A DNA stretch of 20,000 nucleotides from an uncultured virus (IMG/VR IMGVR_UViG_3300049170_000088) (IMGVR_UViG_3300049170_000088), one strand, 5' to 3'; counted from the first letter of the stretch, positions 8,733 to 16,971 are shown. Notes: generated by a model not told the origin, from the sequence alone. Numbers and translations: made by a program.

Positions 8733-8735
8733 TAG

Positions 8736-9395
8736 ATGAGCCTGCACGGCATCTGGTCCGAGGGCTCCCGCCGCACCGGCGGGGGCCCTTCGGGCATGCC
8801 CTCCTTCCAGCCCAGGCGGTGGCCGCTCAAGCCGCGGGCCAAGGTTCCCCAGGAGGACCCCACCGACGCGCAGGACGAGGCCAACCCCGCCCTGGACCGT
8901 TCCTCCTCCGGCGGCGAGAGTTCCGGCACCCACGGCGAGGGCCGCGGCATCGACGGGCGCGACAACGACAACCCGTCCACCCAGGACATCACCGTGCGCC
9001 GCAACGACCACCACGGCGACGACCACTCCGAGCCGCACCGCTCCAGCCGCAAGGATCTCGACAAGCGCCGCGGTGTGAAGGGCCTGCGCTCCCGCCGGCG
9101 CCGCGAGGCCGGAGGCGACCGCGAGGAGATGACGGCCGACCAGGAGGACGAACCCGCACCGCCGACCGCCTCCGTCCACACCGCCGCAGGGATCAGCATG
9201 AGCGACTTCGCGCCCACGTCCTTCCAGGCCGACAACGGCCCGCGCCCCCGGCTGCCCGGCACGACGCCGCTGCGCTACATCACCCCCTCCAAGCGCCCGC
9301 GCGCCGGGCTCGGCGCCTCCCGCTCGCGCAAGCTGCCCGGCCCCGAGCCGGTGAGCAGCCCACTGCCGTGTCCGGGGTGTCACAACCAGAGGTGA
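8736..9395 (+). CDS. Hypothetical, likely disordered protein with C-terminal CPGC
   Basis: Strong GC3; hydrophilic low-complexity composition. Confidence 0.65.
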   Translation: MSLHGIWSEGSRRTGGGPSGMPSFQPRRWPLKPRAKVPQEDPTDAQDEANPALDRSSSGGESSGTHGEGRGIDGRDNDNPSTQDITVRRNDHHGDDHSEPHRSSRKDLDKRRGVKGLRSRRRREAGGDREEMTADQEDEPAPPTASVHTAAGISMSDFAPTSFQADNGPRPRLPGTTPLRYITPSKRPRAGLGASRSRKLPGPEPVSSPLPCPGCHNQR

Positions 9396-9465
9396 CAGGA
9401 GCTCAGCCGGCAGACTTCGGCGTGGCGCATCACAGTGACCGGAATGACCCAGTTTCATCCGGTTC

Positions 9466-10614
9466 ATGGCACCACGCCTCGGCTCACTCTGCTCCGGATA
9501 CGGCGGCCTCGACATGGCCGTCTCCCACGTCTTCCATGCCCAAACGGTCTGGCACTGCGAGAACGCAGCCGCCCCGTCAGCGGTCCTCGCGCACCGCTTC
9601 CCCGGCATCCCCAACCTCGGCGACCTGAAGGAAGCCGACTTCACCGACGTCGAACCCATCGACATCCTCGCCGCGGGCTTCCCCTGCCAGGACGTCTCCA
9701 TCGCCGGACGCCGTGTCGGCATGCGCGAGGGCAACCGCTCCGGACTGTGGTCCCACGTCGTGCGCGCCATCGAGACCCTTCAACCGACCTGGGTGGTGAT
9801 CGAGAATGTCCGCGGACTCCTCTCCCAGAGGGCCCATGGCGTGCTGGAACCCTGCACGCGGTGTCTGGGACACCAAAAGCCGGAACACCGGCTGCGGGCA
9901 CTGGGAGCCGTACTCGGCGATCTGGCCCTGCTCGGGCTCGATGCGGAATGGCTGTGCCTACGCGCATCCGACGCCGGCGCGCCGCACCGGCGCGACCGCA
10001 CCTTCATCCTGGCCCGCCGCGCCGCTTCTGAAGACCCCGACCTCGAACATTGGCTCCAATGGCGGGACTCAGCATCCGGACAAGCGCAAGCGCGGCGGCC
10101 ATGGCCCGACCTTGGCGGACGAGGTGGAATGGGTGCTGCTGCCCACTCCGTCAGCCTCGAACCCCAACGACAGCGAGCCCCTGGAGAGCTGGGAGGCGCG
10201 CCGTCAGCGGAACCTGGCCAAGGGGATCAACGGGAACGGGCAGGGGACGCCGCTGGGTGTGGCTGTCCGGCTGCTGACGACCCCGGATGCGGCATCGTCT
10301 GGGGCAAGTACGAAGCCGTCATCCGCCGCTGGGAAGAGCTGATCGGGTACCCGGCACCGTGCCCGATCGGCTGGGTGAAGACGGGACGCCGGATCACACC
10401 GGAGTTCGTGGAGTGGATGATGGGCCTGCCCCCCGCATTCGTCACCGGCGTCCCCGGCATCTCCCGCACCCGGCAGTTCACCGTACTCGGCAACGGCGTC
10501 GTGCCCCAGCAGGCGGTGATGGCCCTGTCCATCCTGCGCGAGCGCTTCTCCCGCGAGGAGCAATGTGCCGAGGAGGCCGTGCAGCTCCTCCTGGACCTCA
10601 ACATGGCTTCCTGA
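9466..10614 (+). CDS. DNA (cytosine-5) methyltransferase
   Basis: Motif I GSLCSGYGGL, IV AAGFPCQDVS, VI IENVRGL, VIII GAPHRRDRTF, IX ITPEFVEWMMGLP, X LGNGVVPQQA. Confidence 0.95.
   Translation: MAPRLGSLCSGYGGLDMAVSHVFHAQTVWHCENAAAPSAVLAHRFPGIPNLGDLKEADFTDVEPIDILAAGFPCQDVSIAGRRVGMREGNRSGLWSHVVRAIETLQPTWVVIENVRGLLSQRAHGVLEPCTRCLGHQKPEHRLRALGAVLGDLALLGLDAEWLCLRASDAGAPHRRDRTFILARRAASEDPDLEHWLQWRDSASGQAQARRPWPDLGGRGGMGAAAHSVSLEPQRQRAPGELGGAPSAEPGQGDQRERAGDAAGCGCPAADDPGCGIVWGKYEAVIRRWEELIGYPAPCPIGWVKTGRRITPEFVEWMMGLPPAFVTGVPGISRTRQFTVLGNGVVPQQAVMALSILRERFSREEQCAEEAVQLLLDLNMAS
9806..10342 (+). CDS. Nested +1-frame ORF encoding methyltransferase TRD-like repeats (LLKTP/LLPTP/LLTTP)
   Basis: Repeats start at 10025, 10136 and 10271; from about 10025 to 10290 the GC3 bias is in this frame rather than the main frame. 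Confidence 0.7.
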   Translation: MSADSSPRGPMACWNPARGVWDTKSRNTGCGHWEPYSAIWPCSGSMRNGCAYAHPTPARRTGATAPSSWPAAPLLKTPTSNIGSNGGTQHPDKRKRGGHGPTLADEVEWVLLPTPSASNPNDSEPLESWEARRQRNLAKGINGNGQGTPLGVAVRLLTTPDAASSGASTKPSSAAGKS

Positions 10615-10622
10615 CCAGGGCG

Positions 10623-10659
10623 TTAAAAAGGGCCGTGAAGAAATCACGGCCCTTTTTAA
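10623..10659. terminator. Bidirectional intrinsic terminator
   Basis: TTAAAAAGGGCCGTGA-agaaa-TCACGGCCCTTTTTAA between convergent genes. Confidence 0.9.
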
Positions 10660-10696
10660 GGTCTGGCAGCGCCTGCCATTTCCGGCGCACCCACGG

Positions 10697-10969
10697 TCAG
10701 TACAGGTTGCGCTGGGCGTTCCACCGGGAGATGTACCAGGCGTAGACCGCGTTGCCGATTCCGGCGGTCAACAGCAGCAGCCAGAAGTGCGCCCAGAAGG
10801 ACTGGCGGCGCTTGCCGCGCACCCCCCACCCGGCCGCCGCGGAGGCGGAGGAGGAGGCGGAGTTGTTGATGATGATGGGCGGCACCGCGTAGCCCGCGGG
10901 CTGCGGCGGCAGGTGGTACTGGCCCTGCTGGGCGTGGTGCTGGTCGTACGGGCCCGGCGGCGTGGACAT
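10697..10969 (-). CDS. Small membrane protein (Pro/Gln-rich N-terminus, hydrophobic C-terminal hairpin)
   Basis: RBS AAGGAG, ATG 10969; FWAHFWLLLLTAGIGNAVYAWY. Confidence 0.8.
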   Translation of the reverse strand: MSTPPGPYDQHHAQQGQYHLPPQPAGYAVPPIIINNSASSSASAAAGWGVRGKRRQSFWAHFWLLLLTAGIGNAVYAWYISRWNAQRNLY

Positions 10970-11055
10970 CGGATGCTCCTTCGTGAGCGGGAGTTCGGCA
11001 GAAGGGCACAGGCCCCGCTCTACGGTTGCAGAGCGGGGCCTGGGATGGAGGTCTA

Positions 11056-11244
11056 TCAGACAGGTTCGCCGACCGCGCGGCGCACCTTGAAGTGGGCGCT
11101 CAGTTCGTTCCAGTCGACTCCTTCGGCGGCCGGGTAGCCGTAGTGGGCGCAGGCGCCGGTGAGGGTGGTGGGAAGGATCAGCCGGGTGCGGCCGGTGGGC
11201 TCCGGCGGGCGCCGCCGCAGCAAGCGGGTTATTGCGGTACGCAT
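11056..11244 (-). CDS. Small hypothetical protein (62 aa)
   Basis: AAAGGG upstream of ATG; co-oriented with neighbours. Confidence 0.55.
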   Translation of the reverse strand: MRTAITRLLRRRPPEPTGRTRLILPTTLTGACAHYGYPAAEGVDWNELSAHFKVRRAVGEPV

Positions 11245-11299
11245 GGTATGCCCTTTCCGGCCGGGTTCTCCGGCGACCGATCACGGTGGTTGTAAGGGG

Positions 11300-11578
11300 T
11301 TAGAAGAGAGTGAGGGGTCCGGCGTCGTCCTCGGAACCGTCACGCACTGTACGGGACTGTGCTGCCCACCCGTCAAGGCACGAAACCCGGTATACCTCGT
11401 CCAGGTCGGACAGGTACGCCTCCACCCCGGGGATGACCAGGTCGTCTTCCTGCTCCTCGTGAGACACATCACTGGCCACCGTCACCACTCCTTCCGCCGG
11501 CGAAAAGGGACACGGGACCGGCCCCCATGGGCCCGGCCCCGTGTCCAGAAGAACGCCTGGCGTGTGCGGATACGTCAT
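11300..11578 (-). CDS. Possible small acidic protein
   Basis: TGATG overlap with upstream stop; alternative GTG near 11480 with AAGGAG; codon bias weak. Confidence 0.35.
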   Translation of the reverse strand: MTYPHTPGVLLDTGPGPWGPVPCPFSPAEGVVTVASDVSHEEQEDDLVIPGVEAYLSDLDEVYRVSCLDGWAAQSRTVRDGSEDDAGPLTLF

Positions 11579-12585
11579 CAGGCGCGCGGTACATCGCTCT
11601 TCTTGACGCCGGTCAGGTTGCGGCCATTGACCTTCACCTGGCCCACCTTGATCTGCCGGTACACCAGGGCATCGGCGAAGTCCGAGGACTTCGTCTGCGG
11701 CGTGACCAACTGCGGGGCGTCCTTCTTCTCCCGGGCCGCCTTCAGCAGGTCGGCCAGGTGGATGCCGTTCTTGTCGCCGATCTGCTCCAGCACCCAGCCC
11801 CACACGTAGCGGTCCACGTCCTCCTTCGTCCACGCAACCGGCTCGTCTCCCTCCTCCGGCTCCTCCTCGACCGGCTCCTTCTCCAGGGAGATCTTCGGCC
11901 TCGCCTCGTCGTCCTTGCCCTGCTCGCCCTTCTCCTTGGCCAGGAACTCCGCGACGTCTTCGGGATCGAGCCCGTAGCGGGCGGCCTTGGCGACCAGGCG
12001 CTTGCGCTCCGCGTTCTTGGACTTCTTGGCCTTGGCGATCTTGCGGAGCCGGGCGTCGTCGCGGGCGTCGTCCGCGAACATCCAGGAGGCGACGATGAGG
12101 CCGCAGCCGACCATGGGGACGATGAACTCCTTGCCCGGTTGAAGGGCGAAGTACGCCGTGCCCACGGTCGGACCGATGACGAGGGCGGCCCGGATACCGA
12201 GCTTGGCCAGGCCACCCTCCTCCTTCACATCGGGCGCGGTGATCCAGTAGTAGGCCAGACGCGGCAGGTACTTGGTGGAGACGGCGAGGTCTTCCACGGT
12301 CTCGATGATGAAGCGGCGGATCTCCAGGGGGCCGATGATCTCGCGCCACTGTTCGCCGATCCAGTACCAGGTGCGGTGCAGGAGGCCCGGCTCCTCCTCC
12401 TGGTCCTCCTCGTCCTCCTGGTCCTCCTCGACCGGCGCGTCCTCCGGCTGGTCCTGGTCCTCGTCCTGGTCGGGCGCCTCGGGCTCCGGCTCGCTCTTGA
12501 CCAGCAGCAGGCGGGGGCCTTCGGGCTCGGGGGGCTCATCCTCCGGCGGGAGGGCTAGGGGCTTCTCGGGTTCAGCGGTGCTCAC
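11578..12585 (-). CDS. Membrane protein: acidic N-terminus, two TM helices, basic linker, C-terminal wHTH-like domain
   Basis: GTG 12585 with GAGAGGA RBS; TM segments ALVIGPTVGTAYFAL and FIVPMVGCGLIVASWMF; GIHLADLL...VKVNGRNLTGV. Confidence 0.75.
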   Translation of the reverse strand: MSTAEPEKPLALPPEDEPPEPEGPRLLLVKSEPEPEAPDQDEDQDQPEDAPVEEDQEDEEDQEEEPGLLHRTWYWIGEQWREIIGPLEIRRFIIETVEDLAVSTKYLPRLAYYWITAPDVKEEGGLAKLGIRAALVIGPTVGTAYFALQPGKEFIVPMVGCGLIVASWMFADDARDDARLRKIAKAKKSKNAERKRLVAKAARYGLDPEDVAEFLAKEKGEQGKDDEARPKISLEKEPVEEEPEEGDEPVAWTKEDVDRYVWGWVLEQIGDKNGIHLADLLKAAREKKDAPQLVTPQTKSSDFADALVYRQIKVGQVKVNGRNLTGVKKSDVPRA

Positions 12586-12596
12586 GGCCGTTCCTC

Positions 12597-13076
12597 TCAG
12601 GAGAAGCGCTGGACGATGTGGTTGGAGAGGTCGGTGAGGCCCACGAAGAGGCTTCCGTCGGCGGCCGACCAGGCGCTGTAACCGAGGAAGCCCCACAGGA
12701 TGCGCTGCATGGGCTTGAGCTTGAACAGCCACAGGATGAGACCGATGCCCACGCCGATAGCGGCCGGAGTCGCCTCGCCCATGCCGAGGTTGTTGACCAT
12801 GCCGGTGAGGTCCAGGGCCAGTTTCTGGAGGTCCGTCAGGAAGCCTCCGGCGGCGGCGAAGGAGGCGGCCATGATGACGCCGACGACCACCAGAATCCAC
12901 GGCTTGCCATCGGCCTTACCGGACTTCTTCAGGCCCATGGCCAGGATCATCATGATCAGCGCGGTGCCCCCGGCGCCGAAGCGGCCGACGGCGCTCAGGC
13001 CGCCGCCCTCGGCGGCCAGGACGGTGAACTGTGCGTCGTGCAGGAACATCGCGGCGTCGGCGGCGGAGATACGCAT
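12597..13076 (-). CDS. Small multi-pass membrane protein (159 aa), Gly/Ala-rich
   Basis: ATG 13076 with AAAGG RBS; about four hydrophobic segments. Confidence 0.8.
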   Translation of the reverse strand: MRISAADAAMFLHDAQFTVLAAEGGGLSAVGRFGAGGTALIMMILAMGLKKSGKADGKPWILVVVGVIMAASFAAAGGFLTDLQKLALDLTGMVNNLGMGEATPAAIGVGIGLILWLFKLKPMQRILWGFLGYSAWSAADGSLFVGLTDLSNHIVQRFS

Positions 13077-13120
13077 GGCGGTGCCTTTCAAGGGAATTCG
13101 AGCAGGCGGAAAGGGGGGTC

Positions 13121-14209
13121 TCAGGGGGTCATGAAGAGCAGTTCGGCGACGCCGAGGGTGCCGGTCACGGCGCAGGTGGCCCAGTGGAAGATGTGACCCT
13201 GGGGGGTGTGGGCGTAGGCCTCGGTGCGCCGGTCGATGAGGTACCAGGACGTGGTGGTGGCCGTGATGCCGACCAGATGCGGCATCCAGTACGTCATGTC
13301 CAGGCCCTTGGATTGGAGGTAGCCGACCAGGGCGTAGCCCCAGGGCAGTGCGAAGTAGCCGCCGACGGCCGTTGCGAGGACGCGGAAGGGCACGTAGTTG
13401 CCGAAGATGGCGTTCCAGGCGTTGTCCACGAAGTCCGTCAGGTGGCCGACGACGGGGACGACGCTCAGGATGCGTCCGAAGCCGGAGAAGAGCTGTCCGA
13501 CGGCGGCGAAACCGGGCTGGAGGATGTGCTGGAGTTTCCCGAGCAGCTTCCATGCGCCGAATGCGCCGGCGAAGGTGGCGATCCAACTTGCGGCGTCGCT
13601 GGGCGAGTTGTGGGCGTAGACCAGCATGTTGGTGGCGTAGTCGTCGGCTCCCACGGCCCACCCGATGGCGGCTCCGGTGCCGTATTTGGCGGCCAGGAGA
13701 CGGCGGTGGCGGACCTGTTCGTCCTCCCGCATGAGCTGTATCTGGCGCTTGACGCGGTCGACGAAGCCCTGGGTGTCCTTGTCCTCGTCGGCCGGGGCCT
13801 CTTTGGCGGCGTCGGTGGGCTGCGGTCCGCCGTGGGGCTGTGTGACGAAGACGACCGGGCCTTCGGCGTCCTTGATCAGGTCGGCGATTTCCGGACTGAT
13901 TTTCGGCTGGGAAGCATCGGGTGCGACGGTGTCGGTCTTCTCGCCGGGGCGCTTGCGCCAGAACTCCGGGTCCCACTTCTTGGGCTCGGGGGTGTCCGTG
14001 CCGGTGTCCTCGGGAGCGGCCTTCTGGCCTGCGATTTCAGGCTTGTTGGGGGCCTTTTCGACCGTGCCGGTGTCCGCCGCGGTCTCCGCGCGAGAGTCCG
14101 GCTCGTCCGGCTCGGCGGCCTTGGGCTGCTCGGTTCCGGTGGTGTCGGGGAAGGTGAGAAAAGGACCGGGAGGCCACACACGCGTGCGTGTGTGGGTGTC
14201 ATCGGACAT
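13121..14209 (-). CDS. Membrane protein with disordered N-terminal half and multi-TM C-terminal half
   Basis: AAGGAG at 14221-14226, ATG 14209; several hydrophobic segments. Confidence 0.8.
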   Translation of the reverse strand: MSDDTHTRTRVWPPGPFLTFPDTTGTEQPKAAEPDEPDSRAETAADTGTVEKAPNKPEIAGQKAAPEDTGTDTPEPKKWDPEFWRKRPGEKTDTVAPDASQPKISPEIADLIKDAEGPVVFVTQPHGGPQPTDAAKEAPADEDKDTQGFVDRVKRQIQLMREDEQVRHRRLLAAKYGTGAAIGWAVGADDYATNMLVYAHNSPSDAASWIATFAGAFGAWKLLGKLQHILQPGFAAVGQLFSGFGRILSVVPVVGHLTDFVDNAWNAIFGNYVPFRVLATAVGGYFALPWGYALVGYLQSKGLDMTYWMPHLVGITATTTSWYLIDRRTEAYAHTPQGHIFHWATCAVTGTLGVAELLFMTP

Positions 14210-14246
14210 GATGGGCAGCACTCCTTGCGTTCATGGCGGGGAGAGG

Positions 14247-14286
14247 GAGCCCTCGGTGGTACCGGCCAGGAACTGACCGAGGGCTC
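14247..14286. promoter_or_regulatory. Inverted repeat in the leader of the 14209 gene
   Basis: GAGCCCTCGGT (14247-14257) and ACCGAGGGCTC (14276-14286). Confidence 0.55.
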
Positions 14287-14433
14287 TCGCATGTCTTGAG
14301 GTTGTTGGGCTTCACGAGCGTATAGAGAGCAACCGCTCGCCTTCGTGCGTTTCGAACAAAGCGCTATTGAGGGGCCCAGGGTAAGGACTTCCGGGCCGGA
14401 CTATAAAGTATCACGGACTGTATGGTCGATGTA

Positions 14434-16104
14434 CTAGTTGCCGTTGACGGCGCGCAGCCGACGGCCGCCCTCGGGCTTCTTCGTGGTCTCGGCCTTCACT
14501 TCCTTGATCCGGTCCTGCGCCCACCGCACGGACTTGCCGAACTGCTTGCCCAGCGACTCCGATTCGACCGGCTTCCCGGCCGCCACGGACTCCCGGTACA
14601 CCTGGCGGGCGTCCTCCTGGATCTTCTGCTGGAGCTTGCGGCCCGTCAGCTCCCCCTCCGCGGGGTCCTCGCCGGTCTCCGGCTCGTCGACCGGCTCGTC
14701 GACCGGCTCGGGCTCGGGCTCGGGCTCGGCGGTGCTTGCGCCGGCGGAAGCGGGCTCCTTGACCGGCTCCTCAGCCACCACGGGCTCCTTGAGCGGCGCC
14801 GGGTGCGGGCGCGCGGGCTCCGCGTGCGGGCCCGGCGATCCGGACGGAGGTTGCGGGTCGGGATCGGGGTCCGGCTCGGGCTTCTCGGGCGCCCTCGGCT
14901 TGAGCAGGGAGACGGTAGGCGTGTCGTCCGTACGCGGGTACTCCTCGCCGCCGTGCTTGCGCGGGTCGTCCAGAGCGGGGTCTATCTCGGCGAACGCCAC
15001 TGCCTTCCCACCCGGCGCCGCCGCGGAGGAGGCGGCGTTGCGGGCGCGCAGCCGGGCCGCCATGTCCTGAAGGCTCGTTTCCGGTGCGGGCTGGGCCGTC
15101 GGGAGGACCGGCGCGGACTGCCGGGGCACGATGGGGAGTTCGGGGGCGGTGGCGGCCCGCATGACGCCCTCGCGGACCACCGTGCGGGTCTGCATGGCCA
15201 GGGCGTGCGCTTCGGGGTCAAGCAGTTCGGTGGTGTTCCAGACCTCGGGCAGCATCATGGAGGAGAGCTGGCGGGCCTGGCGGCGCTCGGCGAGGCGGGT
15301 CGTCAGCTCGCGGCGCCGCTTCAGGTCTCCGCCGCAGCCAAGCGAGGCGTACTTGGAGGCCTTCTTGTGCTTCTTGGCGATCTGCCGCTTGTCCCAGCGG
15401 CCGGGGGTGCCCTCTTCCAGGAACTCCAGCTCGGCGTAGAGGTCGACGGCCTTGTTCAGGTTGCGGTCCCTGACGATCTCCAGGGCCGTCTTGTTGCGCT
15501 CGGCGAGGCCCATGGACGCGAAGATCCGGGTGCGGGCCTCGCGGGCGAGCTGCGCGAACATGGAGTTGTTCTCGGCGTCGGCGTCTTTGTGCTTCAGCTC
15601 GATGTCGAGCATGAGGTGCCACATCAGCATGGCCATGACGGGGCCGAAGAAGGCGCGTACGACGCCGATCCAGAAGGAGTCGGAGACCTCGAAGGCGGGG
15701 ATGACCTGCACGCCGACGACCACTTTGACCAGGGTTCCGGGCACGCCGGGGGTCTTGGCCGCGCTGTTGAGGTTCTGGCGGGCCATGAACACCAGGGCGA
15801 GCACGCCCAGTTCGGCGACGCCGAAGAGGATGCCCCGCTCCCAGTTGTCGGTCATGCCCATCTTCCCGGCGAAGCGCCAGGAGGAGTCGGCGGAGAAGAG
15901 GGTGAAGCCGAGCGCCGCGGCGAAGCCGAGCGCGACGGCGATGGAGACCTTGCCGTGGAGGAAGGCCACGGTCTTCTTGACGCTCTTGAAGAGCCACTTG
16001 GTTGCCGGGACGACGACCAGGGCGACGGCGAGGAGGAGCAGAAGGATGATGACCGCGACCGTGGGAGTCGGCGGCGACTCGGGAAGGTGGTCGAGCGGGT
16101 TCAT
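14434..16104 (-). CDS. DUF2637/SpdB-like membrane protein with Pro/Glu linker and C-terminal HTH
   Basis: N-terminal TM bundle (FSADSSWRFA, FGVAELGVLAL, VVRAFFGPVMAMLMWH), long helical region, EP repeats, ESLGKQFGKSVRWAQDRI. Architecture resembles Streptomyces plasmid spread proteins. Confidence 0.65.
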   Translation of the reverse strand: MNPLDHLPESPPTPTVAVIILLLLLAVALVVVPATKWLFKSVKKTVAFLHGKVSIAVALGFAAALGFTLFSADSSWRFAGKMGMTDNWERGILFGVAELGVLALVFMARQNLNSAAKTPGVPGTLVKVVVGVQVIPAFEVSDSFWIGVVRAFFGPVMAMLMWHLMLDIELKHKDADAENNSMFAQLAREARTRIFASMGLAERNKTALEIVRDRNLNKAVDLYAELEFLEEGTPGRWDKRQIAKKHKKASKYASLGCGGDLKRRRELTTRLAERRQARQLSSMMLPEVWNTTELLDPEAHALAMQTRTVVREGVMRAATAPELPIVPRQSAPVLPTAQPAPETSLQDMAARLRARNAASSAAAPGGKAVAFAEIDPALDDPRKHGGEEYPRTDDTPTVSLLKPRAPEKPEPDPDPDPQPPSGSPGPHAEPARPHPAPLKEPVVAEEPVKEPASAGASTAEPEPEPEPVDEPVDEPETGEDPAEGELTGRKLQQKIQEDARQVYRESVAAGKPVESESLGKQFGKSVRWAQDRIKEVKAETTKKPEGGRRLRAVNGN

Positions 16105-16156
16105 GAGGCTGGGGCTTCCTATTCGGTGGCGGCCGAGTAGCCCTGCGGGAGAGTTT

Positions 16157-16399
16157 TCATCCTCCCGAGTTGGTGACGGCTACGGGGCAGATTTCGAGCA
16201 GCGGGCAGGTGGCGCAGATGACCACCGCGTCGGCGCGGTCCTGCGGGTCAGGACGCAGCGATGCGGCGAGGCGGCCGTAGAGATCGGCGTAGGGGATACA
16301 GGCCGCGATCCCCTGGTCGGTGGGCAGTGTGCGCGCCGCGTGGAGCATTTGGAGCTTGCGGGCGGATTCTGCCGTTACCTTCTGGGGGTGAAGGGCCAT
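16157..16399 (-). CDS. WhiB-like Fe-S protein, C-terminally short
   Basis: C34-x27-C62-x2-C65-x5-C71 (AC...AVVICATCPLLEIC); GGAG RBS; lacks GVWGG. Confidence 0.65.
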   Translation of the reverse strand: MALHPQKVTAESARKLQMLHAARTLPTDQGIAACIPYADLYGRLAASLRPDPQDRADAVVICATCPLLEICPVAVTNSGG

Positions 16400-16429
16400 G
16401 GGGTGCTCCGCTTGATCTCATGGTCAGTA

Positions 16430-16448
16430 TCACACACTGTCCGGGACT
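16430..16448. repeat. Dispersed 19-bp motif, copy also at 11340-11358 (17/19) and partial copy at 14407-14425
   Basis: TCACACACTGTCCGGGACT vs TCACGCACTGTACGGGACT; AGTATCAC..ACTGT..GG shared by 16426 and 14407. Confidence 0.6.
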
Positions 16449-16484
16449 AGCACGTCAACCGGATAGTGCGTAATACTTCGCTCT

Positions 16485-16892
16485 ATGGAAACCTTCACGA
16501 TCAGCGCGGCCCGACAGAAGTGGGGCGCACTGTGCCGGGCTGCCCAAAGGGACGAGGTCCCCTTCACTCTGCGCCTGCGCCACGACCCGGCATGCGTCGC
16601 CGCGCCGAACCGCTGGTTCAAGCGAGCCTGCCGCGGACTGGACCCGGCCCCCGAGGTGCAGTCCAGCTTCGAGACCCACGACGACCAGCGGCAGAAGCTG
16701 GCCCGGCTGGTCGAGCCCGTCCTGGCGGACGGCGCCTTCGTCAGCGTCACGCGCCTGGAGGGCCGCGCCCTGGTACTGGTCCCCATCGACTGGTACGAGG
16801 AGCGAGTGGCGGCCATCGGGCCTCCCGCCGGCGACTTGCCGGAGCCGGAGAAGGAACCGGACGGCGGCGGCCAGGACCCCGCCGGAACGTGA
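16485..16892 (+). CDS. Tandem Phd/YefM-type DNA-binding protein
   Basis: Unit 1 TFTISAARQKWGALCRAA...FTLRLRHDPACVAAPNRWF; unit 2 THDDQRQKLARLVEPV...VSVTRLEGRALVLVPIDWYE. Confidence 0.7.
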   Translation: METFTISAARQKWGALCRAAQRDEVPFTLRLRHDPACVAAPNRWFKRACRGLDPAPEVQSSFETHDDQRQKLARLVEPVLADGAFVSVTRLEGRALVLVPIDWYEERVAAIGPPAGDLPEPEKEPDGGGQDPAGT

Positions 16893-16926
16893 GGAGGGCC
16901 GCAACCCCGTGGTTGCGGCCCTCTTC
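16891..16926. terminator. Hairpin between convergent genes, probable terminator
   Basis: GAGGAGGGCCGCAACC-ccgt-GGTTGCGGCCCTCTTC. Confidence 0.8.
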
Positions 16927-16971
16927 GGTGTCACGCGCCGGTCACCGCTTGATGACCGGCGGAGCGCCCCG

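Noticed and set aside
14690..14885. GCTCGG-type short repeats
   Set aside because: Encode the Glu-Pro/Asp-Pro linker of the membrane protein.
14422..16450. Plus-strand ORFs of 572 and 332 aa
   Set aside because: Antisense shadows of the SpdB-like gene.
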